A DNA stretch of 64,000 bases from Syntrophomonadaceae bacterium (GTDB taxonomy: Bacteria > Bacillota > Syntrophomonadia > Syntrophomonadales > DTU052), in assembly GCA_012729505.1 (NCBI GenBank), contig JAAYDA010000046.1:15384-79383 (forward strand), given 5' to 3'. The position numbers and the translations under genes are program-made. Positions 53,446-62,969 of this stretch are shown one piece after another; positions within the stretch are counted from its first letter, which is position 1; each line of letters begins with the position of its first letter. The notes under the pieces are model-generated. The model had not been told where the DNA came from and ran no database searches. It saw nothing but the letters and a program-made list of their open reading frames with translations.

Positions 53446-53580
53446 GGCGATAGGAGTGAGGGGTGAGGAGGGAGGAGCAAGTGGAATAACCCCGTGCCTC
53501 CGGCATCAATGCTGGCTTTTTTAATCTGCGTCCAACGTTCCCTCGTTCCCCTCACACTTTACGCCTCTCGCCTTACGCTC
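53414..53580. repeat. Purine-rich element (R3) forming a long imperfect inverted repeat around a terminator-like hairpin
   Basis: The left arm GAGCGGTAAGGCGATAGGAGTGAGGGGTGAGG (from 53437) pairs with the right arm CCTCGTTCCCCTCACACTTTACGCCTCTCGCCTTACGCTC (53541-53580). The centre holds CCGGCAT-ca-ATGCTGG followed by CTTTTTT. The element's 5' end encodes the last codons and the stop of folK. Confidence 0.6.
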
Positions 53581-53793
53581 CATCGCTTTGAAACAATATT
53601 TTGACAAATCTTAATGATTTGTTGTGTTATGGTGATTTCCGTGCTAAAATATACGCGAAAGTATGGTGCGGAAAAACTAGATACTAGATTTTCTCCCGCC
53701 GAACTCCTTATTATCCGCTTGTACCATTGGGGGCCAAGACGGAAATCCTGAGTAGCGGCTGGCGGTAGTCGTTGCTCTCAAGGGGGGCTTCTC

Positions 53794-54693
53794 TTGAAGA
53801 AGATCGGCATTGTTGGGGCGGGAGTGGTTGGAACAGCTGTAGGTGTTATCCTGGCGTCCAGAGGCTATGAGATTACGGGAGTTTACGACATTATTCCCGA
53901 ATCTACTGAGCGATTGGCAGCTAAGGTGGGAGCGCGGAAATGCACGGCCCTGCAGCAAGTAAGCGAAAACGCTGAAATCTTGTTTATAACCACTAACGAT
54001 TCAGCGATTGCAACAGTTGCAGAAGGACTAGCCAAAGAAGGAGGCTTTAGAAACGGCCAAGTAGTACTTCATATGAGCGGAGCATTAACCTCCGACATTC
54101 TGGAACCAGCCAAAGCGTTCGGTGCTTTGACGGTTTCAGTTCATCCCATGCAATCTTTTGCCAGTGAGGAGAGAGCGGTCAGCAATCTGCCTGGGTCTGT
54201 TTTTACCATTGAAGGAGACATTGAATCTCATCAAGTGGCATCCCAGCTAGTAAAAGATCTGGACGGGAAATACTTCGTTATTGACAAAAAGGTCAAACCT
54301 ATATATCATGCGGGCGCCTGTGTGGTTTCAAACTACCTGGTGACGGTTATTGACGTTGGGCTTCAACTAATGGAGTCTATCGGGATTCCGCGCGCCCAGG
54401 CCCTTCCCGCAATTATTCCTTTAGTAAACGGTACGGTAAAAAATATTGAGAGAATTGGCATCCCCAAGGCGTTAACCGGCCCTATCGCCCGGGGGGATAT
54501 AAGTACGGTGTTAAAACACTTGGAGTGTTTGGATGAATTGGCTCCCCAATTGGTACTGTTGTATAGTTGGCTAGGTTATTATACGGCGGAAGTTGCTACC
54601 GCCAAAGGAACCGTCAATGAGCAAGTTGCGGATAATATCAAGAGACTATTTTTAGCCAGAATGTCGCAACCTATCGGAAAAGCAAGGGGGTAG
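53794..54693 (+). CDS. Rossmann-fold NAD(P)-binding protein, DUF2520-like (candidate ketopantoate reductase)
   Basis: 299 aa with [18 protein letters not shown] start with an AAGGGGGG SD. Lies immediately upstream of panBCD. Confidence 0.65.
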   Translation: MKKIGIVGAGVVGTAVGVILASRGYEITGVYDIIPESTERLAAKVGARKCTALQQVSENAEILFITTNDSAIATVAEGLAKEGGFRNGQVVLHMSGALTSDILEPAKAFGALTVSVHPMQSFASEERAVSNLPGSVFTIEGDIESHQVASQLVKDLDGKYFVIDKKVKPIYHAGACVVSNYLVTVIDVGLQLMESIGIPRAQALPAIIPLVNGTVKNIERIGIPKALTGPIARGDISTVLKHLECLDELAPQLVLLYSWLGYYTAEVATAKGTVNEQVADNIKRLFLARMSQPIGKARG

Positions 54694-54698
54694 CAAAA

Positions 54699-55529
54699 AT
54701 GGGAAGAATTACGACTGCTGTGTTTAAGGAGAAGAAACTCAAAGGCGAAAAAATTACTATGCTTACGGCCTATGATTATCCTACTGCCAAGGTAATTGAC
54801 GAAGCGGGAATTGATTCAATTCTGGTGGGTGATTCGTTGGGCAACGTAGTTTTGGGTTATGAAAATACTCTGGCGGTTACTATGGATGATATGGTTCATC
54901 ATACCAAAGCGGTGACTCGGGGCGCTAAGAATGCTATGGTCGTTAGTGATATGCCCTTTTTATCTTATCATATTTCCCGGGAGGAATCCGTGAGAAATGC
55001 AGGCCGTCTTATTCAGGAGGCGGGGGCCCAGGCGGTCAAGCTGGAGGGTGGTCAGGAAAGAATAGATACCATCAAGGCTATCTTGGATGCGGAGATACCG
55101 GTAATGGGTCATATTGGGCTGACCCCGCAATCAGTGCACCAATTTGGAGGTTTTAAAGTCCAGGGGCGCGATTTGGAAACCGCACAAAAGCTGATCCAAG
55201 ATGCGGTGGCTCTGGCTAATGCCGGAGTATTTGGTATGGTTCTGGAAGGGGTTCCGGCGGCTCTGGCTAAAAAGATAACCGAAATGGTTTCTGTGCCTAC
55301 CATTGGCATAGGCGCCGGCAAAGATTGTGATGGTCAGGTATTAGTTGTTCATGACATGCTGGGATTATATCAGGGTCATGTTGCCAAATTCGTTAAGAAG
55401 TTCGGCAATCTTCATCCCCTGATGCTGGAGGCTGTCAAATCATATAGTGAAGAGGTTAAGGCCGGAACTTTCCCGGCACCGGAACACTGTTACTCTATAG
55501 ATGATTCCATAATCGAAAAGCTGTATTAG
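54699..55529 (+). CDS. panB: 3-methyl-2-oxobutanoate hydroxymethyltransferase
   Basis: 276 aa with [17 protein letters not shown] and VKLEGG motifs. Confidence 0.95.
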   Translation: MGRITTAVFKEKKLKGEKITMLTAYDYPTAKVIDEAGIDSILVGDSLGNVVLGYENTLAVTMDDMVHHTKAVTRGAKNAMVVSDMPFLSYHISREESVRNAGRLIQEAGAQAVKLEGGQERIDTIKAILDAEIPVMGHIGLTPQSVHQFGGFKVQGRDLETAQKLIQDAVALANAGVFGMVLEGVPAALAKKITEMVSVPTIGIGAGKDCDGQVLVVHDMLGLYQGHVAKFVKKFGNLHPLMLEAVKSYSEEVKAGTFPAPEHCYSIDDSIIEKLY

Positions 55530-55540
55530 GAGAAAGAATC

Positions 55541-56386
55541 GTGCAAGTAATAAAAACACCGGCCGAAATGCAAATGTGGAGTCGATCCCAAGGAATGACC
55601 GGGCTTAAGATAGGGCTTGTTCCCACTATGGGTTTTTTGCACGAGGGACACCTGAGCCTGGTGCGTCAGGCCCGGGAGTTGTGTGATGCAGTAGTGGTCA
55701 GCATCTTTGTCAATCCAATTCAGTTCGGAGAGGGAGAAGATTTTGACCAGTATCCGCGAGATCTGTCACGGGATTTCGCTTTGCTTGAAAAGGAAGGAGC
55801 TGATGTGGCTTTTGCCCCAGAAGTCCGGGATATGTACCCGGAGAAGATGTCGACTTTTGTTGAAATAACCTCGATGGATGATAAACTTTGCGGCAGATCA
55901 AGACCCGGCCATTTTCGGGGAGTTGCTACTGTGGTAAGCAAGCTGTTTAATATTTGTCAGCCTCAGATGGGGTTTTTTGGACAGAAAGATGCTCAGCAGG
56001 CTATTATTATCGAAAAGATGGTTCGGGACCTGAACTTCCCCTTGGAGATCGTGGTGGGGGAAATAATCAGGGAAGCTGATGGGCTGGCAATGAGCTCCCG
56101 CAATGTATACCTGTCTCCCGCAGACAGGAAGAATGCTGTGGTTCTTTATCAAAGCCTGCTCAAAGCAAAGGATCTGGTAGCTGACGGGGTCAATAGACCC
56201 GCAGAAATTATTAAAGCCATAACTGATTTAATAAACCAGACTCCGGGTGCGGTCATTGATTATGTTGAAATATTGAGCGGACGGGATTTAAGTGAAATTG
56301 AGGAGATAAAAGGGAAGGTTTTGCTGGCGTTAGCGGTAAAGTTTGGTAACACCAGACTGATCGATAACCTTCTACTGGAGGTGTAA
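55541..56386 (+). CDS. panC: Pantoate--beta-alanine ligase
   Basis: 281 aa with [16 protein letters not shown] start with an AGGAG SD. Confidence 0.95.
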   Translation: MQVIKTPAEMQMWSRSQGMTGLKIGLVPTMGFLHEGHLSLVRQARELCDAVVVSIFVNPIQFGEGEDFDQYPRDLSRDFALLEKEGADVAFAPEVRDMYPEKMSTFVEITSMDDKLCGRSRPGHFRGVATVVSKLFNICQPQMGFFGQKDAQQAIIIEKMVRDLNFPLEIVVGEIIREADGLAMSSRNVYLSPADRKNAVVLYQSLLKAKDLVADGVNRPAEIIKAITDLINQTPGAVIDYVEILSGRDLSEIEEIKGKVLLALAVKFGNTRLIDNLLLEV

Positions 56387-56387
56387 A

Positions 56388-56774
56388 ATGTACCGGACGA
56401 TGTTCAAATCCAAAATTCATCGTGCTATAGTAACACAAGCCGATCTGAACTATATGGGGAGTATTACCATCGATACTGCTTTGATGGAGGCTGCCGATAT
56501 ACTCCCTAATGAAAAGGTCCAGGTAGTGAACAACAACAACGGGGCCCGTTTTGAGACTTATGTTATTGAGGGAGAACGGGATTCGGGAACTATTTGCCTG
56601 AACGGAGCGGCAGCCCGCTTGGTGCAGCCGGGAGATTCAGTTATTCTCATAACTTATGCGGTAATGTCAAATGAAGAATGCAGGAATTATAAGCCAACTC
56701 TAGTATTTGTTGATGAAAAGAATCGCATCGTAGAGTGCAAAAAAGAATCCGAACCTGCGAATACTATTGGCTAG
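56388..56774 (+). CDS. panD: Aspartate 1-decarboxylase
   Basis: 128 aa with [23 protein letters not shown], including the Gly-Ser self-cleavage site. Confidence 0.95.
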   Translation: MYRTMFKSKIHRAIVTQADLNYMGSITIDTALMEAADILPNEKVQVVNNNNGARFETYVIEGERDSGTICLNGAAARLVQPGDSVILITYAVMSNEECRNYKPTLVFVDEKNRIVECKKESEPANTIG

Positions 56775-56801
56775 CTGCAAAAAAGATTGGCGCAGCTAGC
56801 C
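56769..56801 (+). other. 10-bp perfect stem hairpin spanning the panD stop (GGCTAGCTGC-N13-GCAGCTAGCC), no U-tract
   Basis: Read directly from the sequence. Lies between panD and nadA. Confidence 0.6.
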
Positions 56802-56830
56802 AATCCCGTACAACAATAAAAGGAAGAGAG

Positions 56831-57745
56831 ATGCTTATGCAAAAAAATCTGGTTGATCTTATTCGTAAGCGTCGTCAGGATTTAAATGCAGTAATTATGG
56901 CTCATTTTTATCAACCACCGGAGATACAGGATATTGCCGACATGGTGGGAGATTCGCTGCAGCTGGCTCGGGATGCGTCCAAAGCATCAGCCGATGTCAT
57001 AGTAATATGCGGAGTCAGTTTTATGGCTGAGAGTGCCAAAATCATGAATCCGGATAAGCTGATAGTTACTCCGGACCCGGCTGCAGGCTGCCCTATGGCG
57101 GAAATGATTACGGGGGCTCAACTAAAGGAATGGAAAGCATCACGACCAGGTGCTCAGGTGGTATGTTATGTTAATACTTCAGCTGAAGTTAAAGCTGAAA
57201 GCGACATATGCTGTACTTCCTCAAATGCGGTAGATGTTGTAAACTCTCTGCCCAAAGATGCTCCCATTTTATTTGTACCTGATAAAAACCTGGCTCATTT
57301 TGTATCTGCAAAAACGGGGAGAGATATTGAGGCCTGGCCAGGCTACTGCCCGATTCACCATCAGGTAACCGCAGAGCAGGTCTTGGCTCAGAAAGCTCTC
57401 TATCCTGATGCTCTGGTAATAGTACATCCGGAATGTCCTCCTGAGGTGGTGGCTTTGGCAGATGTGGCCGTATCCACCGGAGGAATGCTTAAATATGTTG
57501 AACAGAGTCCCGCACAGGAGTTCATAATAGGTACTGAAGCCGGACTTTTGCATCAAATGTATAAGCGATTTCCGGACCGAGAATTTCATATAGTACGTCA
57601 GGACTTCCTGTGTCCGAATATGAAATTGAATAGTCTGGAGAAGCTGCATCGGGTGTTGGAGACTCTCGAACCGCCCATTGAAGTGCCAGAGGATATAAGG
57701 GTACGGGCTTATCAGTCTCTGGAACGAATGCTGGCCATTGGATAA
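56831..57745 (+). CDS. nadA: Quinolinate synthase
   Basis: About 304 aa from ATG 56831 (AAAGGAAGAG upstream). Sequence AHFYQPPEIQDIAD... The ORF-track start 56735 overlaps panD and was rejected. Confidence 0.9.
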   Translation: MLMQKNLVDLIRKRRQDLNAVIMAHFYQPPEIQDIADMVGDSLQLARDASKASADVIVICGVSFMAESAKIMNPDKLIVTPDPAAGCPMAEMITGAQLKEWKASRPGAQVVCYVNTSAEVKAESDICCTSSNAVDVVNSLPKDAPILFVPDKNLAHFVSAKTGRDIEAWPGYCPIHHQVTAEQVLAQKALYPDALVIVHPECPPEVVALADVAVSTGGMLKYVEQSPAQEFIIGTEAGLLHQMYKRFPDREFHIVRQDFLCPNMKLNSLEKLHRVLETLEPPIEVPEDIRVRAYQSLERMLAIG

Positions 57746-57899
57746 GTATTTTGGAACCCACCTGGCATACGAGTTTCAGACTGCTTTTTCACAAGTATTT
57801 AGGCTGGCCCGGTTCAGCCAATATATTAACCTGCAAGCATAGTATCGCAACAGAAACAGGTATTTATGGTGCTGAGGGCACGGGAAAGAACGGATTAAT

Positions 57900-59495
57900 A
57901 TGCAGACCAACCGATATATATCGGCAATCAATGATGATGTGCCGGTTTATAGAACTGATTTTTTAATTGTTGGCAGTGGAATCGCGGGTTTGTTTACGGC
58001 TTTGAAAGCTTCAGCCCTTGGTCAGGTAGTAGTGCTTACCAAAAAAAGCCTCAAGGATTCAAATACCGGTTTGGCTCAGGGAGGAATCGCGGCGGCTGTC
58101 CACGAAGAGGATTCCCCCTTTTTGCATCTTGAGGATACCCTGGAGGCAGGGGCTGGTCTGTGTGATATTGAAGCGGTAGATATTCTGGTTACCCAAGGCC
58201 CGGCTCGGGTCAGAGAGCTTATTGACATGGGAGCCCGTTTTGACACTGTAAATGGCACCGTCTCGCTGACTCGCGAGGCTGCCCACAGCAAAGCTCGCAT
58301 CCTTCATGCGGCAGATGCCACCGGTGAGGCTATCCGTCAGGCCCTGGTGAAGAACTGTCTGCAGGATGTCAATATACATATCAAAGAAGATAAATTCCTG
58401 ATCGATATTATTACCATGGATGACCAGTGCTGTGGCGCTCTGGTTTATGATTCCAATCAGGGGAGAAAAGAAGTCTACCTGGCCAAGGCTACCATTGTGG
58501 CCACGGGTGGGGCGGGACAATTATTTCGGTGCACCACTAATCCGGAAATCGCCACCGGTGATGGAATGGCGGCTTCATTCCGGGCCGGCTGCGAATTATC
58601 CGATATGGAATTCACTCAGTTTCACCCTACGGTTTTAGCCACGGACATAAGCTCCCGCTTCCTGATATCCGAAGCGGTCAGGGGTGAAGGTGCCCGGCTC
58701 CTGAACATTAATCACGAAAGGTTTATGCCCTCCTATCATCCTCTGGGGGACCTGGCTCCCCGGGACATAGTAGCGCGAGCCATCTGGAAGGAGATGGACA
58801 AAACCAAAAGCGACCATGTTTTTCTGGATGTAAGCCATCTGCCCAATCCGGCCCAGCGATTTCCCAACATTTATCGGACATGCCTGGATAATGGATGTGA
58901 TCTTACTCAAGACTTGATTCCGGTTTCTCCTGCCGCCCACTATATGATGGGGGGGATTAAGACTAACACCTCGGGAGAAACCAGCATATATGGATTATAT
59001 GCCTGTGGTGAGACTTCCTGCACGGGAGTCCACGGCGCGAATCGCCTGGCCAGCAACAGTCTTTTGGAAGGGCTGGTTTTTGGTCAGAGAATAGTTGATG
59101 AGGCTCACTCCATGATTTACCGGCGCAATATTAATATGGCAGAGATTTTGGCTGCCTATGATCAGGAGGATCAGCTCCATATTCCCGCCGGCAAACGTTC
59201 TCCTCAACAGGTACGTATAGATTTGAGAAGAATAATGTGGGAAAATGTAGGTATTATAAGGGATGAACAAGGTCTGAAAAATGCGGCGCGAATGGTTGAC
59301 GAATTAAATGGAGAATTAGGACCTGGTGACGATGAGCTGGAGTATTATCAAGTGCTGAATATGCTTACTATAGCTCAGGTCATGATTCAAGCCGCTCTGT
59401 GGCGTAAAGAGAGCCGGGGGGCTCATTTTCGCCGGGACTTTCCCGCCACCGACAATATACGGTGGGCCGAACACCTGATTTTTAGAAATTGGTAG
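57900..59495 (+). CDS. nadB: L-aspartate oxidase
   Basis: 531 aa with FLIVGSGIAGL FAD fold and the RLASNSLLEG motif. Confidence 0.95.
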   Translation: MQTNRYISAINDDVPVYRTDFLIVGSGIAGLFTALKASALGQVVVLTKKSLKDSNTGLAQGGIAAAVHEEDSPFLHLEDTLEAGAGLCDIEAVDILVTQGPARVRELIDMGARFDTVNGTVSLTREAAHSKARILHAADATGEAIRQALVKNCLQDVNIHIKEDKFLIDIITMDDQCCGALVYDSNQGRKEVYLAKATIVATGGAGQLFRCTTNPEIATGDGMAASFRAGCELSDMEFTQFHPTVLATDISSRFLISEAVRGEGARLLNINHERFMPSYHPLGDLAPRDIVARAIWKEMDKTKSDHVFLDVSHLPNPAQRFPNIYRTCLDNGCDLTQDLIPVSPAAHYMMGGIKTNTSGETSIYGLYACGETSCTGVHGANRLASNSLLEGLVFGQRIVDEAHSMIYRRNINMAEILAAYDQEDQLHIPAGKRSPQQVRIDLRRIMWENVGIIRDEQGLKNAARMVDELNGELGPGDDELEYYQVLNMLTIAQVMIQAALWRKESRGAHFRRDFPATDNIRWAEHLIFRNW

Positions 59496-59506
59496 GAGGG
59501 ATGCTC

Positions 59507-60349
59507 ATGAATTGGATGGAAGTGGAACAGCTAGTCCGTCTGGCGCTAAGCGAGGATATTGGTTATCGTGATATTACCACTGAGAACCTCATTGGTCCGG
59601 ACCTTCGATCTATGGGAGTGTTCTATGCAAAACAAGAAGGTATTGTTTGTGGAATTGACGTAGCAGAACGAGTTTTTTCTATACTTGATCCTACTATCAG
59701 TTTTAACATTTTGAAGGAAGACGGCGATTTAATCCGGGAAGGCGAAGAGGTGGCCCGTATTACCGGTCCCACCAGAACTCTCCTGACGGGTGAACGGGTT
59801 GCTTTAAACTTCCTCCAGCACATGTCCGGCATAGCTACCAAGACTAATGATTTGGTGGACCGGATTCGCCACTTTCCGGTGAAGGTTGTTGATACCCGCA
59901 AAACTACTCCCGGCCTCAGGGCTTTGGAGAAATACGCGGTGCGAATAGGCGGCGGGAGCAACCACCGTTTTGGTCTGTTTGACGGAGTATTGATCAAGGA
60001 TAATCATATTCGTGCGGCAGGGGGCATAACCGAAGCTATTCAAGTCCTGCAGCGCAGAATCTCCCACCTGAGCAAAATTGAAGTTGAAGTGGAAAACCTG
60101 GAACAATTGCGGGAAGCGCTTAGTGCAGGCGCCGATGTGGTACTCCTGGATAATATGGAGCCGGATATGATGAGAGAAGCGGTAAAAATCAATGCCGGAC
60201 GCGCTATCCTGGAAGCGTCGGGCGGCATAACCCAGGATACTTTGGTGGAAGTGGCCAAAACCGGTGTGGATCTGATTTCTATTGGCGGACTTACTCATTC
60301 TGCTAATGCCCTGGATATTAGCTTCAATATCATAAGTCTAAAGGATTAA
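59507..60349 (+). CDS. nadC: Nicotinate-nucleotide pyrophosphorylase (carboxylating)
   Basis: ATG 59507 lies 6 nt after GGAGGG. QPRTase family motifs (VDTRKTTPGLR, LLDNM). Confidence 0.95.
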   Translation: MNWMEVEQLVRLALSEDIGYRDITTENLIGPDLRSMGVFYAKQEGIVCGIDVAERVFSILDPTISFNILKEDGDLIREGEEVARITGPTRTLLTGERVALNFLQHMSGIATKTNDLVDRIRHFPVKVVDTRKTTPGLRALEKYAVRIGGGSNHRFGLFDGVLIKDNHIRAAGGITEAIQVLQRRISHLSKIEVEVENLEQLREALSAGADVVLLDNMEPDMMREAVKINAGRAILEASGGITQDTLVEVAKTGVDLISIGGLTHSANALDISFNIISLKD

Positions 60350-60361
60350 AGAGTCTTTTTA

Positions 60362-60492
60362 TCCGATGACTAATCTGCCCTAAGACCCCCGCCTCATAGG
60401 CGGCGGGTGCCCAAGGGCAGTTAAGTCCCTGGATCCGTGCGACTAAGATTCAGATGGATTCAAAACTCCACCTGAATCAAGTCTTACTTTAT
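60362..60492 (+). ncRNA. Conserved ~131-nt two-hairpin element, copy 3 (upstream of bioY)
   Basis: Starts 13 nt after the nadC stop and ends 17-26 nt before the bioY start. Near-identical to copies 1 and 2. Confidence 0.6.
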
Positions 60493-60517
60493 AATTGGCG
60501 AAAGGGTATTGCGGTTT

Positions 60518-61063
60518 ATGAAAACCAGAGAATTGGCTTATGCGGCCATGTTTACGGCGGTAATTGCGGCATCGGCCATTCTGACTCGTATTATTCCGGT
60601 AGCGGTGGTGCCTTTTAGTCTTCAGTCATTGCTGGTTTTTTTAGCCGGGGGTCTCCTGAACAAAAGAACGGCAGCTCTCAGTATGGTGGCTTATGTTCTG
60701 TTAGGATTGATTGGAATACCTGTATTTGCCTCTCCTCCCTATGGAGGACTTGGTTATTTACTGGTACCTTCCTTCGGCTTTTTGCTTGGATTTATTCTGA
60801 CCGCATGGCTGGTGGCCTGGTGTCTGGAACGCTGGGGCAATACAGTGATGGCCCATGTTGTTTCAGTTGCTCTGGGGATTGGGGCCATGTATCTGGTGGG
60901 GCTTCCTTACATTTATGGGGTTCTCAATTTTTATTTAGGTCAGGCGGTGGATGTGGCTTATATTGTTAAGATAGGATTTATACCTTTTATAGGCTTTGAT
61001 CTTCTTAAAGCAGGAGTTGCTGCCGGTATTAGTTTTCAGGTTCGCAAAAGGATGCTCCTCTGA
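60518..61063 (+). CDS. bioY: Biotin transporter BioY (ECF S-component)
   Basis: About 181 aa with 5-6 TM helices and the BioY family pattern ([14 protein letters not shown] ... GYLLGF). Start is ATG 60518 or TTG 60509. Confidence 0.85.
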   Translation: MKTRELAYAAMFTAVIAASAILTRIIPVAVVPFSLQSLLVFLAGGLLNKRTAALSMVAYVLLGLIGIPVFASPPYGGLGYLLVPSFGFLLGFILTAWLVAWCLERWGNTVMAHVVSVALGIGAMYLVGLPYIYGVLNFYLGQAVDVAYIVKIGFIPFIGFDLLKAGVAAGISFQVRKRMLL

Positions 61064-61130
61064 AGGTGTGATATTCGAGGAAATTGAGAGTGAATATATT
61101 TCAGGAGAAATATTTCGAGGGGGGACTGTC

Positions 61131-61898
61131 ATGATACTTGTATTGGATGTTGGCAATTCCAATATTGTGGCCGGAGTATTCCAGGGTGAGGAATTATTGA
61201 CTCACTGGCGGATTAGAACCGACCGCCTGCGTACTGCGGATGAGTACGGGATTCAGTTTGTGGGCCTCTTCTGTCATGCCGGTATCGATCCCAACCATAT
61301 AAAAGGTTCTATTATTTCATCGGTGGTGCCTCCTCTCGTAAGTGAGTTAGAATTTATGATAAGCAAATATTTTAACAATAAGGCTATGACCATCGGGCCA
61401 GGTATTAAGACAGGATTGGCCATAAAGTATGAGAATCCTCGGGAAGTAGGGGCTGACCGAGTGGTGAATGCGGTAGCCGGATTGGAAAAGTACGGGGGGC
61501 CGTTGATTATCGTGGACTTTGGCACCGCTACTACTTTTTGCGTGATAAGCGATAACAACGAATATCTGGGAGGGGCAATTGCTCCCGGGATCGGAATATC
61601 TTTGGAGGCCCTGGTTACCAGAACGGCCAAGCTGCCCCGGGTGGAATTAGAAAAACCTAAGAGTGTGGTGGGCAAGAACACAGTGGTCAGCATTCAATCG
61701 GGTGTATTTTATGGAGTCGTTGGCCAGGTGGATGGCATTATAAAAAGGATCAAAGATGAGTATGCCCTGGATTTTAAAGTAGTTGCTACCGGAGGATTAT
61801 CCGACGCTATTGCCCGGGAGTCAGAATATATTCAGCGGGTGGATCATTTTCTGACCCTGGAAGGCCTGCGGATTATTTATGAGAAAAATTATGCATGA
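61131..61898 (+). CDS. coaX: Type III pantothenate kinase
   Basis: 255 aa from ATG 61131 (GAGGGGGG SD). Motifs [11 protein letters not shown] and DFGTATTF. The ORF-track start 60996 overlaps bioY and was rejected. Confidence 0.95.
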   Translation: MILVLDVGNSNIVAGVFQGEELLTHWRIRTDRLRTADEYGIQFVGLFCHAGIDPNHIKGSIISSVVPPLVSELEFMISKYFNNKAMTIGPGIKTGLAIKYENPREVGADRVVNAVAGLEKYGGPLIIVDFGTATTFCVISDNNEYLGGAIAPGIGISLEALVTRTAKLPRVELEKPKSVVGKNTVVSIQSGVFYGVVGQVDGIIKRIKDEYALDFKVVATGGLSDAIARESEYIQRVDHFLTLEGLRIIYEKNYA

Positions 61899-61913
61899 GG
61901 GCTGGACAAGAAA

Positions 61914-62888
61914 ATGGTTTTCAAAATTGGTGATCTGGTTTTAAAAAATCGGGTTGTGGCCGCACCTATGGCGGGTATAACCGATAAAGCCTTTCGGACA
62001 ATAGCCGCGTCCTTTGGATGCGGCTTAACCTTTACGGAGATGATTAGTGCCCAGGCCCTTTTGTATCGCCATCCCAGAACCTTAGCAATGTTTGACATCT
62101 CCCGGGATATGGTGCCGGCCGTTGTGCAGCTTTTTGGCAGCCGGCCGGAGACTGTGGGGGCGGCGGCGGCCATGGCCCAGGAATACGGGGCCATGATTAT
62201 CGATATCAATATGGGCTGTCCTACCCCGAAGATTGTGAAAAGCGGGGAAGGATCGGCCTTGATGAAGGATCTTCCCCGGGCCCGGCAGTTGATCCGCTCT
62301 GTGGTAGGGGCGGTTGATATTCCGGTTACCGTCAAGATGCGCAAGGGATGGGACGAGTCCAGTATCAACTTTACGGAGCTGTGCCGTATTGCGGAGGATG
62401 AAGGAGCTGCTGCGGTTACTGTACATCCCCGCACCAGGTGTCAGTTTTTTTCAGGCCAGGCGGATTGGGATGGAATCCGCCTGGCCAAGGAAGCTGTCAG
62501 TATTCCGGTTATAGGCAATGGTGATATCTTTTCACCTGAGGATGCAGTACGAATGATTGAGCAAACCGGCTGTGATGCGGTAATGATAGGCCGGGGCGCC
62601 ATGGGCAACCCCTTTATCTTTTCTGCCACCGCCGCTCTTCTCAATAACGAGCCCCTTCCGCTTTCGCCGTCACCTGCAGAGAGGGTGCAGGTGGCTCTGC
62701 GGCATTTTGACCTTATGGAGGAATCCAAGGGACTTCACAGGACTATTTCCGAAATGCGCAAACACATGGGCTGGTATGTCCGGGGCCTTCCCGGAGCAGC
62801 CAATGCCCGCAATCTCATAAACCAATCCACCAGCCGCCAGGAATTCGAGACTATTCTTCAGGCGATAGCCGAGAGGCGGGAGGAGTGA
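61914..62888 (+). CDS. dusB: tRNA-dihydrouridine synthase
   Basis: 324 aa with APMAGITD, DINMGCP and HPRT motifs. Confidence 0.95.
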   Translation: MVFKIGDLVLKNRVVAAPMAGITDKAFRTIAASFGCGLTFTEMISAQALLYRHPRTLAMFDISRDMVPAVVQLFGSRPETVGAAAAMAQEYGAMIIDINMGCPTPKIVKSGEGSALMKDLPRARQLIRSVVGAVDIPVTVKMRKGWDESSINFTELCRIAEDEGAAAVTVHPRTRCQFFSGQADWDGIRLAKEAVSIPVIGNGDIFSPEDAVRMIEQTGCDAVMIGRGAMGNPFIFSATAALLNNEPLPLSPSPAERVQVALRHFDLMEESKGLHRTISEMRKHMGWYVRGLPGAANARNLINQSTSRQEFETILQAIAERREE

Positions 62889-62920
62889 GGCAGACGTGAG
62901 CCGATTCCGCTTGCTCCCGG
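62871..62920 (+). repeat. Purine-rich GAGGCGGGAGGAGTGAGG element (R4) overlapping the dus stop
   Basis: GAGAGGCGGGAGGAGTGAGGCAGACGTGAG, followed by the partial complement GCTTGCTCCCGG. The core is identical to R3. Confidence 0.5.
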
Positions 62921-62938
62921 GAATTTGGCGTGATAAGA

Positions 62939-62960
62939 TGTGTACAAGGTTGTGTACAAG
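62939..62960 (+). promoter_or_regulatory. Tandem direct repeat TGTGTACAAG-gt-TGTGTACAAG (each containing the TGTACA palindrome): candidate operator
   Basis: Units at 62939-62948 and 62951-62960, immediately upstream of SD GAGGTGG and ATG 62970. Confidence 0.5.
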
Positions 62961-62969
62961 AGGTGGAAT

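Noticed and set aside
32496-53580. Whether the purine-rich repeats could be a CRISPR array or a coding low-complexity domain
   Set aside because: The copies are dispersed kilobases apart, without regular spacers or nearby cas genes. The units are degenerate and lie mostly outside coding frames.
53677-53958. 93-aa minus-strand ORF
   Set aside because: It overlaps the pan leader and the 5' end of the DUF2520 gene in antisense. It has no SD.
61889-62434. 181-aa minus-strand ORF
   Set aside because: It is an antisense shadow of dus.
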